A stretch of 64,000 nt of DNA from Candidatus Magasanikiibacteriota bacterium (GTDB lineage: Bacteria; Patescibacteriota; Patescibacteriia; Magasanikbacterales; UBA922), in the NCBI GenBank assembly GCA_003510435.1, contig DOMK01000020.1, positions 59,523 to 123,522 on the forward strand, read 5' to 3'. The notes below the pieces were generated by a model. The model had not been told where the DNA came from, ran no database searches, and worked only from the letters and a program-made list of their open reading frames with translations. The position numbers were made by a program, and so were the translations under genes. Shown piece after piece: positions 21,901 to 32,155 of this stretch; the stretch's first letter is position 1, and each line of letters opens with the position of its first letter.

Positions 21901-24900
21901 TACTTCTTATGAAGAACAACAGCAAGTTGGAACAACCACTATAATAAGAGAACTATTAAAACCAACCGAACCTTGTGATAACGGTGATTATGCTTATTGT
22001 TATTATTTCAAAACTGGTACTGGTCAGTGTAATTTAGAGGGTGTCTATATCAATCCTTTGTATCATAGAGCGCGGTTGCTTGGAATTGTCCAAAGTCCTT
22101 TCTTCCCCTATATAATGACTTTGGAAGGTATAAATAATCCACCTCATCCTTATTATTATTTATTATGGGGCAAGGCTAATCAGCCGTGTACTATCATAAA
22201 TGTGGATGGTTTGGGTTGGGTTTGGGATTCTATAGATGATACCAAAGCTGTGTCAATAAATGCACCAAAGTCAGGTCAATACACAGACAGTAGAGCTAAA
22301 ATTAGAGCTTTACAAAATACTGCTCCAGGCACAGTTGATATTACAGCTGAAGCTACAACTACAGTGACAATTGATATTGATGGACAGACTGTGACAAGTA
22401 CAGAACACTTTTTGGCCTCTACAACTTTAAAGGTAGATTTGTATGATCCACAAGTGATTGAATGGTGGCCAGATTGTATTAATTCTTGTGCCAACGGTAC
22501 TGTTGGGGTACGGTTTAATATGCCGATGGTGACTAATACTTATCCTGGTGGTTTAATTTTAGAAAAATGTAGTGATGAATTTTGTGATACGATTGTTAAT
22601 AGTATTCCGGTGACGACCACAATCGCCAGTATAGAGATTTATGAAGTAGCACCAATAAATAATTTATTACCAAATACCTGGTATCGGGTGACGGTGACAG
22701 GGACTATTTTTTCTATTGGCAGAATTGACGCCAGTGGTAATGTGTTAGCCAATGGTGATCCTTTGATTCCGCATGTTTGGCGGTTTAGAACAAAGATGGT
22801 TGATGAAATTTGTATTTTGGACAAAGCTAGTTTATATCCAGATCCTTTTGTGGCGCATTTTATAGATGAAAAAACTATATATAATGTTATGCCGATTAGT
22901 GCACCAAACCAGTGCAATCCAAATGGACAAAAATTAAATCCTTGGAATTATGGTTGGCAATGGGACGTGGTGGCAACTTCAACCTTAACTTCAAATTACG
23001 ACGTGGCTACCTCAACTCATTTTGAAGAAGCCGGTACTTTTAAACCTTATTGTGATTTTGCTTGTTTATTGGCTGGTAGTAATTATCGCGACGATGTTCG
23101 TCAGCCATTTATTTGTGGCAATGGTGTTATAGAGCCAGGTGAAGATTGTGATATTGCCACTACGACCACATCGACTGATTCCAATCCTGCCCAGGTTCAT
23201 GAAATTGCTGGACAGAGTTGTAATTTGTCTTGTCTGCGTCCAGGTAATCCTGATATTGGTACTGGCACAAATCAATGTGGCAATGGTACTACAGAATATA
23301 TTTATGGCGAAGAATGCGATACAGCCAAACCAAGTGAAATAAATTATTGTAAGCCAAATTGTACTTGGGAAGGCTCAAGTCAATTGGTACAAAATCGGTC
23401 TAACTTGGTATCCCAGTGTGGTAGTGGTAGTGTGACCAAGGGTGAAGATTGTGATTTGGGTATTACTAGTACTACCATCCCAGAAGGAAAAATTGGTTGC
23501 TCAGACAAATGTCTTCACACCGGTACAATTTTGTCACAAATGTGGTGTGATGTTAGTACCAATACTATGCAGGTGGGGACTACCACTCGGTCAATAAATG
23601 AAATTGGCGAATGTAATCATGCGGCCAGTATTTGTGGTAATAGTGTTTTGGAATCAGGTGAAGAGTGTGAATTTGTTTATAATAGTAATGTTTGGCAACA
23701 AGAAAGAATTAAAATTTTTGGTGAGGCGGGTGATTTCCAAATTGTGACCAGTACAGTCGTGACATCAACCAAGAATATTTGTTCAAATAAATGTTTATTA
23801 GAAAATATTTGTGGACAGAATTATATTGACTTGAACACCGCCTTTACTACGAGTTCTTTCCGTTGTGCTTATCCGGGTGAAGGTTGTAGAAATGATTGTC
23901 ATATTCGTGGAGCGTCTGTGGCTTATACCTTACCTTCTATGTGTGGAGACACTGTAGATGGCGTAGGTGAATATCCAATGTGTGAGTTAAGGACTTCTAC
24001 AGCTTTGGGACAAAAGCCTTTACAAATAGTGACTGCGATTGGTGAAGGAGCAGTTGATCCAGAAACCAATTCACAAAATGCGCGGATCAAAGCTACAGCG
24101 ATAAATTATAAGAATAGTGATGGGAGTGTAGAAACTTTAATTATTCCAGTTGACGGCTTTGGTACTTATGGTTTGTATTGTGGTTATACAGAATATACTA
24201 CGGCCGATGCTAATGGTAATTATAATGATTGTCCAGGTGATAGTGTCATGGTTGGGGCTGGTTCTGATATGTGTTGTCGACCACGTCTGTATCGTCAAGA
24301 AGCTTACCCAGCCGATGGGACTGGCCTGCTTGGTGCTAGTGAAGAAGGGGTTTGTCGCAATACTTATATTGAGGCCAAATTTAGGGGTGAGATTGATCCA
24401 GATACTATTGAGAATAATGCCTACATCGTTAGTGGTCATGCTAGCGGGCACACTTGTTTGTCTACAGAAATTCTTTTTTCTAATCAAATTACTTCTACTT
24501 TGTTGGCTTATGAACCAGGTGAACAAATACCAGGTGGTTTTTGGTCCAAATTGTGGTATCACATAAAAACTTTCTTTGTTCGTTTATTTGCTGGCAATGT
24601 TTATGCTAGTCTTTTTACTGTATCAGATCCAGTTTGGTGTGCTTCTCCATTAAAATACCAAACAAATTATGAATATAATCAAGTGGGTGATGCCAAAGCT
24701 TCTACTACCACTATTTCTTTTTATATAAATAATTTACTTGAACCAGAAACTAATTATGTTGTATTTTTACGTGGAGGAGCCGAAGGCATAAAGGACACTA
24801 ATGGAGTTGGTATTAGAGGAGCGGATGATATTGATTCTGGGGCTGGTACTCTATATCAATTAAAAGATTCTTGGTTATTCAAAACTAACACTGAAATTTG

Positions 24901-27900
24901 TACGATTGATAATTTGTTAGTTTTGCCTAGTGACTATTTATTCCAAACACCAAATACTACTAGTACTTTTCATGTTTTGGCTTTGACTGATACCTTACAA
25001 AAAATAGTCCCAACAAATGAATATAATTGGGAATGGGTTTGGGGTCCACAAAATAATGAACTATTTTCTATTCCAGCGGTGGGCTATCCAGGTGATTCAG
25101 ACTATGCAGTTTTGGCTTCCACCAATTTGGAAGGTCATGTTTATGCTGTAGTGCAGGCTGAGATAGAAGATCTTACTAGACAAGCACCAGTTGATGGATT
25201 AGATCCATTACCAGTGGATCCAGATTTTGGTACGCAAAATCATACGACAGCTTATTTCAATCTTACCTCTAGTTTTTGTGAAAATCCTTGGCCACCAGTG
25301 GTTGGTGGTGTTTGGACACCTTTTGAAGATTCAGATTATAATTTTAGTTTCAATTATTGTGCTGATGCTGGTTTGACTGATAATACAACTGATGATTTGC
25401 CATATTTAGATGTGGTAGAAATGGAAAACAAAGTGTGTAATGGTAGTAATATTAGTTGTAATACTGACGCTGATTGTCCAGGTTTATTATATACTGATCA
25501 AAATTGGAATGCGCGTTTTTATGCTGTACCAGATCCAGATAAGACTGGTTTTTGTGGTTTTGTCGTTCCTGTTTCTTCTCCAGATTCACAAATCTATATT
25601 GGTCAAACTGGACCAGTGGCTTGTGCTGGTGATGCTATGTGTAAAAGTAATAGTACTTTGGTGACTTGGGCTAATGCTAAAATTGTTAGCTTACCAGCAG
25701 GGTACAATCTTTCAGTAGCCAATCATTTGCTTTGTGCTGGTATAGCCAATTCTTCACCAGCCCAGTGTGTGGTAGATCCTAATAAAGAAGTATTAAAAAA
25801 ATATTTATTTGTCGCTGATAAAAATGATGATGCGATCGGTCTCCAGATTTTACGCAATCCAGATAGATTGTCGGCTTTGAATTGGTTTAGAGACAAATTT
25901 AAACTAGCCACTACCAATCCACAAGTCATAGAGCTAAATGGTTATGATGCGATTACTGATGGAGAAAATTATTATGTCAATGCTTTGAATGCTGATACAG
26001 CCAATCATCATGTTTATAATAATATTTATCAGATTAGTTTGAACAAAGGCATGCAAGCCAATACTAAAAATGTTTTTGATCAGATTTTTAATAATTTTAA
26101 ATTTAATGCTAATTTATTAGATGTTCGCATGTGTGGTTATGCTGATGGGTCAATTGATTTGAGTCGAAATACAAAATGTAGTAGTGATCTGGATTGTTAT
26201 AATGCTGTAAATGTTGGTCATTGTGGAATAGGTAGTGGCGACTGGAATGGAGTGAATTTTGTTGGTAGCAATTTAAATAGTCTTTCTGTTTTATCAGATA
26301 ATGAACTCTGGGTTTCTGATTATAATGGCAAACTGTATTATACTAATAATGGTGGAAATACTTGGATAAATGAGGCTACTTCAACAGCTATTTTATCTGG
26401 GAAATATTTTAAAAAGGTTGATTTTGTGGATAGTAGCCATGGTTGGGCAGTGGACAATAATGGAATTGTTTTTAAGAAAACCGTAGATACTTGGCAAAAT
26501 TTAGGTTCAGTGACTAGTACGTCTGGTTTTGAATATAGAGATGCATTTTTTATTAATACTAATAATGCTTGGGTGGTGGCTGGTAAATCTGGTAATGCTA
26601 AAAGTAGAGTGTTTAAAACTTTAGATGGTGGTAGTGTTTGGCAAGAAGAACCTGTGTATTATTATCATTCCAATGGTGTAACTTTGCTGGACGCAACCAC
26701 CTTTGGGCCTAGTAAAATATTCTTCACCCCAGATAGTCAAGGGTGGGGTATTGGTTCGAGAATGGCCGGATCTGGTACTGATGTTTATGGTATAATTTTT
26801 AAGAGAGATAATGATCAAAATCGTTGGTTGGTAGTTTCTACAACCAACTACCTAGCTCTTGTAAACCAATTTAATGACATATATTTTGCCAATGACAGTA
26901 TTGGCTTTATAGTAGGTAATAATGGTTTGGTTTTAAAAACAACTGATGCTGGTAATAACTGGCTAGATATTAGCACTAGTAGTTTTAGTGATATTAATTT
27001 AACAGCAGTTCATTTTTATGATGCCAATAAAGGTGTAATGGTTGGTAATAAGACTGGTGATACAAAAGGTTATGTTTTAAAAACTCTAGATGGCGGAGCG
27101 ACTTGGGAAAAATATCATTTACCAGTCAATACTGGTGAAATGAGGGATGCCTTTATTAATAGCAGTACCAGCATGACTGTTTTAGGTGCTAATTATATTT
27201 TAAACAATGACACGGAAGAACGAATTTGTCGAAGTGATAGTGATTGCTTCAATGGCAATACTTGTTATGGTTATGAAGAAAAATTTTGCGTGGCACCAAA
27301 AGCCAAATTATTAAACGATTGGACTAGAGTACGCGATGTGGCTGACATTCAAAAAGGGATTGAAGCTTATAATTTTGTCAAAGGCTATTATCCAGATCTG
27401 AAAAAAATTCATACGTCACCATCAGATCCAAATGAAGCGCAATTTTCTTCGTATTTGCCTGGCTATGTGACCTCACGCTGGTCATCTTGGGGTGCTTTTG
27501 GTTCTAAGGTGCTTGGTTTGTCTGGGATTGCCTCTGATCCATTAAATATTTGGCAAAATTGTCCAGCGAATTTTGAACAGACTACTTGTTGGGATGAAAC
27601 TAATCTTAGTTATTATTGTGCCTATCCGTCCAGTGTTTATGAATATAAGTTTGTGTCAACTAGTCCCGGTTATTCTCTCAATATTCCCTTTGAATATCTG
27701 ACAGTTGTTGATAATGGTGAAGACGGAGATATTCTGGGTGATATGTTGCCAAATACCTCTACCATTCAGACTAATCGGGCTTGTACACCAGGCCAGATAG
27801 AGAGTCTGCTTGGTGATCATTGTGGAGATGGTATGGTCACTCCTAGCAACAATGAACAGTGTGATCCAGTTGGGTCTCTTGGTGCTTTGGTTGTTAGTAG

Positions 27901-30900
27901 CACCCACAATCGTTATTCTGCACGACAAAAATGCAATTTACAGTGCCAATGGGAATTAGGAGAGTGGGCTGTGGGTGATGTGTGTGGTAATGGTGATACA
28001 GAAGGTAATGAGGCTTGTGATGATGGAGATAAAAATGGTACCTATGGTATGTGTGCTGGCCCAAATAGTAGATATAAAACTAATATTGTGGATGCAAATG
28101 GTAATGTTATCCATACTATTAATAGTCTAGTCGGAGAGTGTCAGGGTTTACACCAAGAATATTGTGGTGATAATGTTTTACAAAGTCAGGAATTGTGTGA
28201 AAAGAAAGATGATGTACTGGTATCTTACAGTTTAAATTTGGGGACATGTGGCAAAGACGCTAGTAGGAGTTGTTCTTTAGATGATCAATGTTTTAGTGCT
28301 TTGTCTTTTGATGGTAATAACGATTCGCTGTCTTCAGAACAAGACATTCCGCTTGGTAATGGTCCATTTACTATGGAATTTTGGTTTAAACAAAGTGAAG
28401 TTTTGAGAACAGATTCAGAGCCGATTGTAGCTTTTCATAGAGGTAATAGTCCAGAAGATCCTGATAATATGAAGGCTTATTTTGCTCTAGAAATTGGTAG
28501 AAATAAAAATATTGGTTTTGGGCAAGCTGGTTTTATGAATAGAACTGGTAAATATTCTTATGTAAAGACTAATGATAATGTTTTTTATTTAAACAATTGG
28601 TTTCATATTGCTTTAATGAGTGATGGAACTGGTAAAGTTAGTATTTTTGTTAATGGAGTAGAATTGGCTTCAGTAAGTAATTTTGTCACTAGCGATAATT
28701 TGGCAGTAGATAAAATATATATTGGCAATCCACCTTATTTTTTACAATATGGTTTGACCGGAGTAGTGGATGAATTTAAAATTCATAATCAAGTGATAGA
28801 TCCTGCTCTTTTTAGAACTTATTATGATAATACAGATCTTATTAGTGAGTATCTCGATTCAGCGGTTGGCTGGCATCTTGATGAAGGTATGGGTAGTGAT
28901 ATTTATAATTATAAAAATAGTACTTTTGACGCTTCAATAAGTGGGGCAAAATGGGTGACGCCAGATATTTTTACTGATACTTGTGGTAATATTTCAAAAA
29001 AATATACTTATTTGCGTTATGGCGACCAGTGGAGAGGTGTGGCTGTTTCAGCCACTCAATGCAGTAGTGGCAGTCCGGCTGTAAAAGCTATTTGTAAAAT
29101 TCTTAGAACGGCAATTCATCTTGGTGTAACATCTTTGGTAAATGGCGGTGATTATAAAGATAATTATTGTAGTAATAGTCTAGATAATTTGGTTTTGTGT
29201 AAACAAAGTAGTGATTGTGTTGTGCCGACCACCACTGCATATATATTTACAGAAAATGAATTTTTGAATAGTGATTTGACTGGTATGATGACGTCTTTTA
29301 CCAATGCCACTACCTCTCTGGGCACTTGTGCTCCTTTCCCAACCGGAAAGAAATATGGCGCACCATATAATTTTTATAAAGATTTATCTTGCGCTTGGAA
29401 CTGTCAAAACTATGGTTCATACTGTGGTGATGGTATGAGAGATGCTGGCTATGGTGAGGAGTGTGATGATACCAATACTGTAAATGATGATGGTTGCAAT
29501 ATTTATTGTAAAACACAAGGTACTGTTCCACCTACCACTACTATTGTTACGGAGCCAGAGTCTGATTTGACTTGTGGAAATAATATAAAAGATAAAGGCG
29601 AAGAATGTGACGAGGGGGTTAATAATGGTATTGAATGTAGTATTTCTTATGGCAAGGGTTGTACTTATTGTGCATCTGATTGTAAAAAGAAAATTGTTAA
29701 AGATCCAATTAATTTTTGTGGTAATGGACAGATTGATTTAATAGGTTATGACAAGACTGCTAATGAACCAATATATGAAGCTTGTGATGTAAAAAATGGT
29801 GTTGTCCAGACTAGTAGTAGTGGCCATATTGTAGATGCTTATTGTTACAATTCACAAATGCCTGGCAAAAATAAATTTTTCGCTGGTAGTTTTAGTTGTG
29901 AAAGTAGTTGTACCAAGTTAGTAGATAAGTGTTTTGATTGTGGGGCATTTAATAGAAAATTAGAGGACAATGGTACTGCTGTGCCTAGATTTGACATTTT
30001 TAGTGTTTTGACACCGACTACGACTGCTAAAATTACTTTTAATAATCACACTGATGATAGAAAATTGAAGTTTGGTTATTTTGTCCCTGGTACCAATGTG
30101 TCTAGTAATGGTACCTCTACTCTAAATTATTCTCATGATTTAGATGTTAGTTCTACCAATCCTATTAGTTTGGGAGATGTTAATATAGAAACCAATCCAA
30201 TTTGTAATAATTATTCTAATCCTACGCCACTAGCCACCAGTTCTTATTATTGGTTTGAAGGTGATAATACTTATTCAAGTGCTGCAAATTTTGCACTTAT
30301 TCCTAATAATCGTTTATTCTATTACCCAGTTAATAATGAAGCTGATATAGTAAAAAATCAGTATATAGTAGCACCTAATCCACCCGAAGGTAGTTTCCGG
30401 GTGGTGGTGAAGTGGTCTGATAAATATGTTCCAGATACGGAAGTCAAATTTCAAGGTATAGTTTATAATTCAGGTTTGGACGAAAAGCAGACTATAAACT
30501 ATGTGGATGCCAATTTATCAACAAGTAAAGATTTGGCTGATATTACTGGTAGCGCTAATAGGGTGTGTAATAGTAATAATTATGAAGTAGATTGTATTGG
30601 TAAACAATATGATGGGGTCTATGTTCATGGGCAGGGTGATTTTAATGGTACTCATGTTCAGTCATTCACCATTGATACCTATGCTCGCGGTTTTGATACC
30701 AAGAATTATGCTTTTGTAGTTGACCAGTGGGGTAAAGTAAAACGTATTTCAGGTCAGACAGATTCTAGCCCAATTTCGCCATATATGAATAGTGATTTGA
30801 CAGTAGAAGTCTATGAACACAAGAGCGATGGTGGCAATATTTATCATCCCGATCATACGTATACAATCAAGAATGAAACCACTGCTGATCCTAAGGCTGA

Positions 30901-31735
30901 ATATTGGCATGTGTTTAATTTGGAATATAATTCTAGTCTAGACAAATATGAAGTGAAAGAAATTGGGGGTATTAGTTATGATGAGACACCGATCATTCAT
31001 GCTGTACCAGCCGTAGGTCAGGTAGCAGTGGATTATACACCGATGACAGTAGATAATAGTGGTTCAGGTCTTTATTTGGGACCAGGTACTTTTCCAACCA
31101 GCTTTTCTGATTCAGATTTGGCAATAGTTTTGGAATATCCAACAGACGTTATACAAAATTTTTGGAAGTATCAGTCATCTCTTTATGGATTGATAGCAGA
31201 TGATAACGGGTTAGTAGAAACGAATGATTGTAATCCTAGCGGAATATATGATTATCCAGATTATTATACACCAAAAGTGTGTTATAATAGTTTAAATAGT
31301 AGTAATAAAGTTGTGCGAACTATTGTATCTGGAGCTTGTAATTATGATAATGGAAGTGGAAATTACGAGTGTGAACGCCATTTTATCTTCGCAAAATTAC
31401 CCACAGCTCCAAATTATTATCGTCTAATAAACAGAAGCACTTTTCAATCGTTTAGACCAAATCTATTTTTGAATGGTAATGATAAAATACCAAGTGCTTA
31501 TTTTGACGGTTTGAAAGTTTATGTAGGATTTAATGTTAATGGTCATTTACGATTTTATAAATTTCCACTTTCATTCCTACGTCTAAATTACAGTGGTGAC
31601 TACAGTCGTTTAAACACTCAATCAGAGTGGTATGTTATGAAATTTGCCAATCTCAATGGCGATTTAAACCTTAATTTTGTGAATAAATTTTTACCTAATA
31701 TTATATATGAAGAAGACTATAAAAATTATGATTAG
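15908..31735 (+). CDS. giant (5275 aa) multidomain surface protein: pilin-like N-terminal anchor, LamG/ConA-like lectin domains, IPT/TIG repeats, Myxococcus-type Cys-rich repeats, BNR/Asp-box beta-propeller
   Basis: The ORF is uninterrupted. LamG motifs include 'GFYFDGVNDYIEVT...NGYIDDVYFYRRAL' and 'DNLWHHVVATY...FKGNIQDLKIYNRAL'. IPT-like segments include 'PMIEGVSPMMSGAGGNWITVYGKHFG'. Repeated 'CGNGxxExGEECD' units and 'DGGxxW' beta-propeller repeats are present. Confidence 0.85.
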   Translation: MFNFKKKLIFILFSLIIVMGTFVFVSNVFAQSADVFGLKPVGDSIALGGQDIRITIAKIIRVILGLLGIIAMGIVLYGGFVYMTSGGNEEKVAQAKKIIINGIIGLAIILSAFSIASFIINSLAGATINKNPPNDNLSCLDSTYREEHPAKCDKCIKWPQTCCEEYFIVKSITPVTNATNMNNVVIRVLFSKKLSSDYTSNTKLREVVQVFGSSGTNITNKFDFVLKDGLLVELTPNNNSGLKCEGTTNCLADGNYTIKVNENTKSINNEPLTTDVEFCGEYPLEGKFITNHETKGFYFDGVNDYIEVTSTDMNITTGDFTVAVWAKSVKFIQRSSIINKGAYFPEKNIGYNIGFISNPKNVWFVVSDGPASSPANTLSRTYDTSTSSRSGVFDWAHFVLVKTGNQIKAYTNGVLVGTAGGVDSSISNVSNFLIGKSIVSNKFFNGYIDDVYFYRRALNDTEITSLFQKNASIPRDTALVGEWKFDNVVGNKVIDSSGRNNNAVVYGATWVEGTSGGTSAQTTYNLGFDGIDDYIEVSDNSVLDLTDAISVSTWVKSRAEGYIVAKDPYVWQTVANNYIPFMGPWNWVQNEMQGTRFTPKKDGTVDKLCKYSKGNQTLKLWDSSFNELASVQSLNTVDEWKCETITSPVLVQANKLYYVGICCNDGINCIRRAESGNVVYPLLVGDVEMGRSFSVSNNSGCALSGLPGTSANAFFVDINFVPSGSTPVAEICNDNLDNDGDGKLDCSDPDCVGNSACQTTKTNVPFALSTIGKGQFLIKKDGVDHVVNSSVNINDNLWHHVVATYSKSGSGEMKIYVDGNLTGTATGYTGGMPTNNDPLFIGRSYDPAQTTNYFKGNIQDLKIYNRALSLSEVGQLFNKQTVPTGLISSWDFNLGSGTSLSDNERRNIGTFKGGVQWSSVTIPASGPSSNVGVKDSQSPEVSSLAVDNLITTSTYRLRGGKDYDLTTQIADESGFGYLHIEVEKTKDHEGKIVSPAQKMMATDYYYGPSVAQGSNAPFSAPYQFSHPLNFKNSSTTIYTAGLYTVRVTVYDIDNNRTIKTLIVSLIPESCTNGQLDPGEVTSDEGGVCGRGEGESCDTDNDCSYSLRCIDHLGDGNKVCTAYPMIEGVSPMMSGAGGNWITVYGKHFGEESGNIQFAVGNHPTTSTGSWANANLADCEQDVWHDKWVIVQVPEDNTTLPLYSTSTIKLQTTSTIQVGGVYIKPYDTTVDDWGLDSGQPGLFTKNTEVYPGLCSVGIINPIIDPETELVVVEAGENRGLPGDEIEAIGQNLGDDRNGGKLLFGGDNVNTQVSDWNDTNILSVVPELTAEWYGVYAQMGSTGGSKKSNAVPFHVLDEGFLRAPIIESIDPPTTTPGSYITIYGKRFGKQVGQYKGRVFLSVSKTEAKNCLDGTPEVDKCLELSDAGFPQECSETWFNDHVIVGIPKIIPQIFRDNYQNTLLTQGEVATDLLSSAGLGSEHIVNSYHNYVKINDSETFLLMGRSLEVDVVLDDLATSTGQFSKNSTQWKKNRYVLIKSPTSTDTYADFKMRIEHTVDVADGAVKRTLYVESDTVRVYSMIQPNYSVSFPLQNDVKRFKFKIKPGYDGADKKLFSYLSTSTDPNVEPGTPSLANTSDRLFTALVSSTKPLFLGYNTVIGSNNVYTLFGIIKSLKINNDALVDDPNAYFRPYIILESSAEEPLNTSGNDQYTIINGDPAPGICLISPASGPAPLPVGEFLTLYGNNFPLDPFVYFRGPNSDPNNVSSTGGWLEAEDVSLIPLAGGGQMITTTIPYSETILLGEGPHTVKVKKNTTPIAVSNGLDYLVIDCTKASKEESTRMESRYQCCTAGKDLGKWKLDSSVCDGQVREAGYVWRFTTGIIKLPPYVVEQCDQEHWNDPGVTLKFPSPVPWIGWKSGDSVCLNASVAVYFSRSMDENTINSSTVKMYKCTATEDNTTGCTTAIPLEDDEIILSSQVLYIRQNPPSSDLTSSTWYQVKLSKDITSYEEQQQVGTTTIIRELLKPTEPCDNGDYAYCYYFKTGTGQCNLEGVYINPLYHRARLLGIVQSPFFPYIMTLEGINNPPHPYYYLLWGKANQPCTIINVDGLGWVWDSIDDTKAVSINAPKSGQYTDSRAKIRALQNTAPGTVDITAEATTTVTIDIDGQTVTSTEHFLASTTLKVDLYDPQVIEWWPDCINSCANGTVGVRFNMPMVTNTYPGGLILEKCSDEFCDTIVNSIPVTTTIASIEIYEVAPINNLLPNTWYRVTVTGTIFSIGRIDASGNVLANGDPLIPHVWRFRTKMVDEICILDKASLYPDPFVAHFIDEKTIYNVMPISAPNQCNPNGQKLNPWNYGWQWDVVATSTLTSNYDVATSTHFEEAGTFKPYCDFACLLAGSNYRDDVRQPFICGNGVIEPGEDCDIATTTTSTDSNPAQVHEIAGQSCNLSCLRPGNPDIGTGTNQCGNGTTEYIYGEECDTAKPSEINYCKPNCTWEGSSQLVQNRSNLVSQCGSGSVTKGEDCDLGITSTTIPEGKIGCSDKCLHTGTILSQMWCDVSTNTMQVGTTTRSINEIGECNHAASICGNSVLESGEECEFVYNSNVWQQERIKIFGEAGDFQIVTSTVVTSTKNICSNKCLLENICGQNYIDLNTAFTTSSFRCAYPGEGCRNDCHIRGASVAYTLPSMCGDTVDGVGEYPMCELRTSTALGQKPLQIVTAIGEGAVDPETNSQNARIKATAINYKNSDGSVETLIIPVDGFGTYGLYCGYTEYTTADANGNYNDCPGDSVMVGAGSDMCCRPRLYRQEAYPADGTGLLGASEEGVCRNTYIEAKFRGEIDPDTIENNAYIVSGHASGHTCLSTEILFSNQITSTLLAYEPGEQIPGGFWSKLWYHIKTFFVRLFAGNVYASLFTVSDPVWCASPLKYQTNYEYNQVGDAKASTTTISFYINNLLEPETNYVVFLRGGAEGIKDTNGVGIRGADDIDSGAGTLYQLKDSWLFKTNTEICTIDNLLVLPSDYLFQTPNTTSTFHVLALTDTLQKIVPTNEYNWEWVWGPQNNELFSIPAVGYPGDSDYAVLASTNLEGHVYAVVQAEIEDLTRQAPVDGLDPLPVDPDFGTQNHTTAYFNLTSSFCENPWPPVVGGVWTPFEDSDYNFSFNYCADAGLTDNTTDDLPYLDVVEMENKVCNGSNISCNTDADCPGLLYTDQNWNARFYAVPDPDKTGFCGFVVPVSSPDSQIYIGQTGPVACAGDAMCKSNSTLVTWANAKIVSLPAGYNLSVANHLLCAGIANSSPAQCVVDPNKEVLKKYLFVADKNDDAIGLQILRNPDRLSALNWFRDKFKLATTNPQVIELNGYDAITDGENYYVNALNADTANHHVYNNIYQISLNKGMQANTKNVFDQIFNNFKFNANLLDVRMCGYADGSIDLSRNTKCSSDLDCYNAVNVGHCGIGSGDWNGVNFVGSNLNSLSVLSDNELWVSDYNGKLYYTNNGGNTWINEATSTAILSGKYFKKVDFVDSSHGWAVDNNGIVFKKTVDTWQNLGSVTSTSGFEYRDAFFINTNNAWVVAGKSGNAKSRVFKTLDGGSVWQEEPVYYYHSNGVTLLDATTFGPSKIFFTPDSQGWGIGSRMAGSGTDVYGIIFKRDNDQNRWLVVSTTNYLALVNQFNDIYFANDSIGFIVGNNGLVLKTTDAGNNWLDISTSSFSDINLTAVHFYDANKGVMVGNKTGDTKGYVLKTLDGGATWEKYHLPVNTGEMRDAFINSSTSMTVLGANYILNNDTEERICRSDSDCFNGNTCYGYEEKFCVAPKAKLLNDWTRVRDVADIQKGIEAYNFVKGYYPDLKKIHTSPSDPNEAQFSSYLPGYVTSRWSSWGAFGSKVLGLSGIASDPLNIWQNCPANFEQTTCWDETNLSYYCAYPSSVYEYKFVSTSPGYSLNIPFEYLTVVDNGEDGDILGDMLPNTSTIQTNRACTPGQIESLLGDHCGDGMVTPSNNEQCDPVGSLGALVVSSTHNRYSARQKCNLQCQWELGEWAVGDVCGNGDTEGNEACDDGDKNGTYGMCAGPNSRYKTNIVDANGNVIHTINSLVGECQGLHQEYCGDNVLQSQELCEKKDDVLVSYSLNLGTCGKDASRSCSLDDQCFSALSFDGNNDSLSSEQDIPLGNGPFTMEFWFKQSEVLRTDSEPIVAFHRGNSPEDPDNMKAYFALEIGRNKNIGFGQAGFMNRTGKYSYVKTNDNVFYLNNWFHIALMSDGTGKVSIFVNGVELASVSNFVTSDNLAVDKIYIGNPPYFLQYGLTGVVDEFKIHNQVIDPALFRTYYDNTDLISEYLDSAVGWHLDEGMGSDIYNYKNSTFDASISGAKWVTPDIFTDTCGNISKKYTYLRYGDQWRGVAVSATQCSSGSPAVKAICKILRTAIHLGVTSLVNGGDYKDNYCSNSLDNLVLCKQSSDCVVPTTTAYIFTENEFLNSDLTGMMTSFTNATTSLGTCAPFPTGKKYGAPYNFYKDLSCAWNCQNYGSYCGDGMRDAGYGEECDDTNTVNDDGCNIYCKTQGTVPPTTTIVTEPESDLTCGNNIKDKGEECDEGVNNGIECSISYGKGCTYCASDCKKKIVKDPINFCGNGQIDLIGYDKTANEPIYEACDVKNGVVQTSSSGHIVDAYCYNSQMPGKNKFFAGSFSCESSCTKLVDKCFDCGAFNRKLEDNGTAVPRFDIFSVLTPTTTAKITFNNHTDDRKLKFGYFVPGTNVSSNGTSTLNYSHDLDVSSTNPISLGDVNIETNPICNNYSNPTPLATSSYYWFEGDNTYSSAANFALIPNNRLFYYPVNNEADIVKNQYIVAPNPPEGSFRVVVKWSDKYVPDTEVKFQGIVYNSGLDEKQTINYVDANLSTSKDLADITGSANRVCNSNNYEVDCIGKQYDGVYVHGQGDFNGTHVQSFTIDTYARGFDTKNYAFVVDQWGKVKRISGQTDSSPISPYMNSDLTVEVYEHKSDGGNIYHPDHTYTIKNETTADPKAEYWHVFNLEYNSSLDKYEVKEIGGISYDETPIIHAVPAVGQVAVDYTPMTVDNSGSGLYLGPGTFPTSFSDSDLAIVLEYPTDVIQNFWKYQSSLYGLIADDNGLVETNDCNPSGIYDYPDYYTPKVCYNSLNSSNKVVRTIVSGACNYDNGSGNYECERHFIFAKLPTAPNYYRLINRSTFQSFRPNLFLNGNDKIPSAYFDGLKVYVGFNVNGHLRFYKFPLSFLRLNYSGDYSRLNTQSEWYVMKFANLNGDLNLNFVNKFLPNIIYEEDYKNYD

Positions 31736-31741
31736 TGTTTT

Positions 31742-32155
31742 ATGAAAAAAAATATTTTTATTGCATTGATAATTATATCAATTTTAACAATCATTGGATT
31801 GGTATATTTTTTCTTTTTTCGTAATATTAAAAATAATTTGATTCAGCAAGATAAAGATAATACACAAAAAGTTTCTGATGTGGTAGATGTAAAAGAACCA
31901 GAAGTTAAACAAAATATTGTAATAAGTAATCCTCAGGGTTTGCCAGATAGTGATTTTGATGGTGTGTCTGACGAAGATGAAGCCAAATTAGGTTTGAATA
32001 ATGCTGACTATGACACTGACCATGATGGTATTAGCGACAAAGCCGAGATTGATTATGGAACTGACCCAAAGAAATTTGATACAGATGGTGATGGTTATTC
32101 TGATGCTGTAGAAATTATGGGCGGTTATAATCCGTTGGGAGAAGGGAAGTTGTAA
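31742..32155 (+). CDS. membrane-anchored small protein with three dockerin/EF-hand-like Ca-binding loops and a C-terminal GYNPLGEGKL motif
   Basis: It has an N-terminal TM helix, then 'DSDFDGVSDEDE', 'DYDTDHDGISDKAE' and 'DTDGDGYSDAVE'. Confidence 0.6.
   Translation: MKKNIFIALIIISILTIIGLVYFFFFRNIKNNLIQQDKDNTQKVSDVVDVKEPEVKQNIVISNPQGLPDSDFDGVSDEDEAKLGLNNADYDTDHDGISDKAEIDYGTDPKKFDTDGDGYSDAVEIMGGYNPLGEGKL

Noticed and set aside
19100-29531. Numerous 60–140-aa minus-strand ORFs within the 5275-aa gene
   Set aside because: All are antisense to one continuous 15.8-kb ORF with coherent domain content. They are typical low-complexity antisense frames.
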